Positions 35,661 to 38,619 of a stretch of DNA of 38,619 nt are shown here, one piece after another. The stretch is from Candidatus Fermentibacteraceae bacterium. GTDB lineage: Bacteria; Fermentibacterota; Fermentibacteria; Fermentibacterales; JCC-6. A program made the position numbers and the translations under genes. The stretch's first letter is position 1; the number at the start of each line of letters is the position of its first letter. The DNA is taken from contig JAWLEP010000015.1 of NCBI GenBank assembly GCA_041686025.1, forward strand, positions 1 through 38,619. Reading direction: 5' to 3'. Below the pieces are notes generated by a model. That model was not told where the DNA came from, did not search any database, and saw only the letters and a list, made by a program, of their open reading frames with translations.

Positions 35661-36499
35661 CTGCCCGCCAGGAGGCCGGCGGCGGTCTCCGCCAGCATCG
35701 AGGGGGTGGTGGAGGGGCGCCCGCAGGCGGCCCCCACGCAGGGCTGCGCGTAGGGAACATCCATCCGGGGAAGCATCAGGGAGTCCATGGCGGCGCTGTC
35801 GGCGGGGTCGCGGGGGTCGTAGAGGTCCACTCCCTCATCCCCCGCCAGCCTCATCGCCTCCTCCAGCAGCGCGGTCGTCTCCGGGGAGTCGGGGGGGCCC
35901 ACCACGTTGACGTGGAGGACGCCGTGGTCCCCACCGTCTCCGTCCTCACCGGCGGGAAGGGAGTCCGCGTCGCCGCCTGCGGCCATGGCCATGAAGAACT
36001 CGAGGCTCCGGGCGCCGGCCACCCGGGACTCCTCCCGCCCGCCGGGGCCGAAGGCTATGGTCACGGGGAGAACGTCGGCAACCTCCCACTCGTCGGTGAG
36101 CCGGCGGGCGGCCGCCGCGTCCAGCCAGACCATGGGGAGCGACAGCCCGGCCTCATCGTGAAAGCGCCGTACGGCCTCCACGTCCGGGTCCCCCACGCTC
36201 ACCGCCACCACCTCCACGGAGGGGTAGAGGCTGTCTCTCACCTGAGAGAGATGCGGCAGCTCGCCTATGCAGGGCGTGCACCATGTGGCCCAGAGGTTCA
36301 CCAGCAACCTCCGCCCGGAGGAAGCCTGCAGCAGGCTGTCCAGCGCCCCCCTTCCCTCCAGAAGTGGGCCGGCCTCGCCGGAGGAGGAGGCCGTCTCCCG
36401 ATGTCCGGGGGCCACCACCAGGACCACCGGCACCAGGAATGCCAGCACGATGGGGATCCAGAACCAGTCCCGCAACCTCCGCCCGCTACCCTTCTTCAT
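35657..36499 (-). CDS. Membrane-anchored TlpA-family thiol:disulfide oxidoreductase with C-terminal Cys-containing extension
   Basis: N-terminal TM segment; VNLWATWCTPCIGELP; LPVT; tail AQPCVGAACGRP. Confidence 0.85.
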   Translation of the reverse strand: MKKGSGRRLRDWFWIPIVLAFLVPVVLVVAPGHRETASSSGEAGPLLEGRGALDSLLQASSGRRLLVNLWATWCTPCIGELPHLSQVRDSLYPSVEVVAVSVGDPDVEAVRRFHDEAGLSLPMVWLDAAAARRLTDEWEVADVLPVTIAFGPGGREESRVAGARSLEFFMAMAAGGDADSLPAGEDGDGGDHGVLHVNVVGPPDSPETTALLEEAMRLAGDEGVDLYDPRDPADSAAMDSLMLPRMDVPYAQPCVGAACGRPSTTPSMLAETAAGLLAGS

Positions 36500-37379
36500 G
36501 GTCTTTCCTCCAGGCAGGCCGGTGCGAGATGGCGTCCACGGGACAGGCCCTGATGCACTCCCCGCAGCGGATGCACTCGGCGCTGGCGGGCTCCAGGTTG
36601 ATCTGTATGTCCACCGGGCAGACGTCCCGGCAGAGGCCGCAGTCGATGCAGTCCTCGCTGACCCTCATCCGGACCAGGGAGGCCTTTCCCGCCGCCCCCC
36701 AGAGAGCGCCCAGGGGGCAGAGCACCCGGCAGAAGGGGCGCTTGGAGAAGACGAACCAGGCCAGGACCAGGGCCGCCACCGCCGACTTCCAGCCGAACAG
36801 CCAGCCCAGCTGCAGCGTCTCCCCTCCGTCGTGCAGGGCCAGGGGCCAGCCCGCCAGGGAGGTCCCCGCCGGGCAGACCACCTTGCAGAACCAGGGATCC
36901 CCTCCGGCCAGGGGCACCGGCCGCAGCACCATGGGAAGGAGCAGGACGAACAGAACCAGCATCACGTACTTGCCCGCCCTCCAGGACGCCGGCACCCGCA
37001 GACGGGGGGCCGGTATGCGGTACATCAGGTCCTGTATGAGCCCGAAGGGGCACACGTAGGCGCAGGCGATCCTCCCTGCCACGAAGGCGGGAAGCAGCAC
37101 CAGCCCGAGAAGGCCGATCAGGGCCAGGGCGTCGGCCCTTCCCGAGCTCAGCCCCCCCAGGAAGCCGGGGGAGGATACAATGCTCTGGATCGACCCCACC
37201 GGGCAGGACAGCACGCTGGAGGGACAGCTGTAGCAGTGCAGCCCGGGTATGGGGAACATCTTGGAGGAGCCGGTGTAGATGGCGCCCCGGACCCATCCGG
37301 CCAGGTAGAGGTTGGTGGCGCCCAGGAAGCCCAGCTGGATGATCCTGCGGGCAATGCGCCAGCGCTGCAGACGGGCCAA
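36486..37379 (-). CDS. Membrane 4Fe-4S binding protein (NapH/YccM-like)
   Basis: PGLHCYSCP, CAYVCPFG, FCKVVCPAG, FCRVLCPLG, CIDCGLCRDVCP, CIRCGECIRACP. Confidence 0.92.
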   Translation of the reverse strand: MARLQRWRIARRIIQLGFLGATNLYLAGWVRGAIYTGSSKMFPIPGLHCYSCPSSVLSCPVGSIQSIVSSPGFLGGLSSGRADALALIGLLGLVLLPAFVAGRIACAYVCPFGLIQDLMYRIPAPRLRVPASWRAGKYVMLVLFVLLLPMVLRPVPLAGGDPWFCKVVCPAGTSLAGWPLALHDGGETLQLGWLFGWKSAVAALVLAWFVFSKRPFCRVLCPLGALWGAAGKASLVRMRVSEDCIDCGLCRDVCPVDIQINLEPASAECIRCGECIRACPVDAISHRPAWRKDHEEG

Positions 37380-37380
37380 C

Positions 37381-37521
37381 TCAGCCCACCCCTATGCACT
37401 CCAGGCAGACGCTGGCGGCCTTTCTCCATATCACCCACGGATCTCCCAGAAGGTAGCCGGCAAGGGCGGCCGCGGCCGCGGCCGCTATCAGGACCATGGG
37501 CAGGAGGGCTCGCTTGGTCAT
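37381..37521 (-). CDS. Small CxxC membrane peptide (CD1871A-like family)
   Basis: 46 aa; TM helix followed by IWRKAASVCLECIGVG, directly upstream of the 4Fe-4S gene, as is typical for this family. Confidence 0.8.
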   Translation of the reverse strand: MTKRALLPMVLIAAAAAAALAGYLLGDPWVIWRKAASVCLECIGVG

Positions 37522-37548
37522 CCTGGAGTCCTTGATTGACGGGTTTGG

Positions 37549-37623
37549 TGGAGGCGGCGATCGGAATCGAACCGATGGATGACGGATTTGCAATCCGTTG
37601 CCTTACCACTTGGCTACGCCGCC
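37549..37623 (-). tRNA. tRNA-Cys (GCA)
   Basis: GGCGGCGTAGCCAAGTGGTAAGGCAACGGATTGCAAATCCGTCATCCATCGGTTCGATTCCGATCGCCGCCTCCA; U73 discriminator. Confidence 0.96.
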
Positions 37624-37641
37624 TCTATTCGGCAAGGCAGA

Positions 37642-37670
37642 ACAATACTCCAGAGCCGGAGGATCATCAA
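37642..37670 (-). promoter_or_regulatory. Sigma70-type promoter of tRNA-Cys
   Basis: Minus strand TTGATG-N17-TATTGT. Confidence 0.6.
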
Positions 37671-37709
37671 CCTCGAAGGGCCCGGAAGCCGCGCCCTCCG
37701 GTCCTCCAG

Positions 37710-38354
37710 TCAGTCCGAGCCGTCGGTCCAGTCGAGGTTGATGGTAACGCCGCCGGGATAGGTGATGGGCCCCAGGGGCGTATCGAACTCCGGGTCGGCC
37801 TGGATGTAGATCCTGCCCAGGTGCTCGGGGTCGCGTATGCCGCTGTCTATGCCGCCTATGGCCAGCGCCAGGTCTATCACCGCCTCCGGACCCAGCTCCT
37901 CCAGAAGGGCGAACGCGTCCAGGGAAATGTCCAGCGGGAGGATCTCCGTCTCCCCGCCTTCGGGGACCACCAGCGGCGCTCCCAGACCGCCGGAGAAGAC
38001 CCAGCTGGTGTCTCCGCTGCCGCCTTCGGAGCCGTCCAGGTAGAGGTCGAAGTCGAAGCTGGTGAGCTCGGCGGGAATGGAGGGGCCGGAGGAGGAGCCC
38101 TCGTTGGGGTTCCGGATGCCCACGTTCAGGGTGAAGTCCATGGGGAAGCTCCCCGACCCCCAGGCCGCCAGGGCCTCCGCCAGCTGCTGCGGGGTCAGCG
38201 AGTCCAGACTGTCCAGCGGTATCCCGGCCATGACGAAGTCCTGGGTGCCCTCGGTCCTGAACCGGCAGCGCAGGAGGTTGTAGGCGTCGGAGAGCCCGCA
38301 CGAGCAGGCCAGAGCCAGGACCAGTGCCGCTGCGACGACGAATACGGTTCTCAT
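37710..38354 (-). CDS. Hypothetical lipoprotein, LEA type-2/WHy-like
   Basis: Signal MRTVFVVAAALVLALACSC at ATG 38354; FTLNVGIRNPN...FDFDLYLDG...FDTPLGPITYP pattern. Confidence 0.7.
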   Translation of the reverse strand: MRTVFVVAAALVLALACSCGLSDAYNLLRCRFRTEGTQDFVMAGIPLDSLDSLTPQQLAEALAAWGSGSFPMDFTLNVGIRNPNEGSSSGPSIPAELTSFDFDLYLDGSEGGSGDTSWVFSGGLGAPLVVPEGGETEILPLDISLDAFALLEELGPEAVIDLALAIGGIDSGIRDPEHLGRIYIQADPEFDTPLGPITYPGGVTINLDWTDGSD

Positions 38355-38424
38355 GGGCATTCCCTTCCCGATGGGCATTCCCTTCCAGATGGACATTCCC
38401 TTCCCGATGGACATTCCCTTCCCG
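38353..38424. repeat. Tandem repeat, 4 x 18 bp
   Basis: ATGGGCATTCCCTTCCCG / ATGGGCATTCCCTTCCAG / ATGGACATTCCCTTCCCG / ATGGACATTCCCTTCCCG. Confidence 0.97.
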
Positions 38425-38516
38425 AGTTTTCCATCGACCCGTTCATTCAATAAGCAATACCCCCCGCGGGCGCCATGGTTCGAAGCGAAAGGAAGGAAAG
38501 GGGTGAGAGGCGGGGG

Positions 38517-38606
38517 ATAGAGACGGCTGCGCGGGAAGCCGGAGGATTGCCCGCAATGGCCGGAAGGGAGGCGGGCAACCGGAGGATCCCCGCTCCATTT
38601 CTCTAT
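38517..38606. other. Long imperfect inverted repeat (possible structured RNA)
   Basis: Nested stems ATAGAGA/TCTCTAT, GCGGGA/TCCCCGC and TTGCCCGC (38547-38554)/GCGGGCAA (38571-38578). Confidence 0.55.
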
Positions 38607-38619
38607 TCAGTTGCCAAGG

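Noticed and set aside
37465..37485. GCGGCC palindromic repeat
   Set aside because: It just encodes a poly-Ala run in the small membrane peptide.
35657..37521. Selenocysteine read-through in the redox genes
   Set aside because: All CxxC motifs are complete with Cys, and the TGA codons fall at expected gene ends.
37546..37551. Genomic CCACCA at the tRNA-Cys 3' end
   Set aside because: Most simply a chance trailer removed by normal trimming; the acceptor stem is perfectly paired.
38353..38424. Repeat considered as a CRISPR array
   Set aside because: Units are directly adjacent with no spacers, only 18 bp long, and there are no cas genes.
38540..38585. Hairpin with CCGGAAGG considered as SRP (4.5S) RNA
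   Set aside because: The GGAA loop is present but the conserved CAGG...AGCA internal-loop bases of SRP domain IV are not.

Overview
A very GC-rich (about 70% by eye) bacterial chromosomal segment with no phage, IS, integrase or CRISPR signal. About 36 CDS and 4 tRNAs (Leu-CAA, Pro-CGG, Pro-GGG, Cys-GCA) lie on the minus strand in tightly coupled operons; only rpsT is on the plus strand. Housekeeping genes include purH, nadE, rnr, rarA, apt, cysS, trpS, rpsT, two pcm paralogs, an amgK/murU-like pair and an Slt-type transglycosylase. A T9SS-like C-terminal sorting domain and a DUF4295/bL38-like small protein hint at an FCB-group lineage (inference). The best candidate for an undescribed system is a partner-switching operon at 30.2-34.6 kb: STAS anti-anti-sigma, RsbW-like kinase, and a 1204-aa protein joining a TIR/DUF4062-like N-terminus, a STAND-like P-loop NTPase, HEAT repeats and an intact SpoIIE/PP2C phosphatase. 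Other items of note: a REC-GGDEF-HEAT protein, kinase-less two-component relics, a Zn-ribbon bL38-like protein, a murU-like gene with no canonical start codon, an 18-bp x4 repeat over a ribosome-binding site, and a long hairpin at the right edge. All family calls come from motif recognition; no searches were run.
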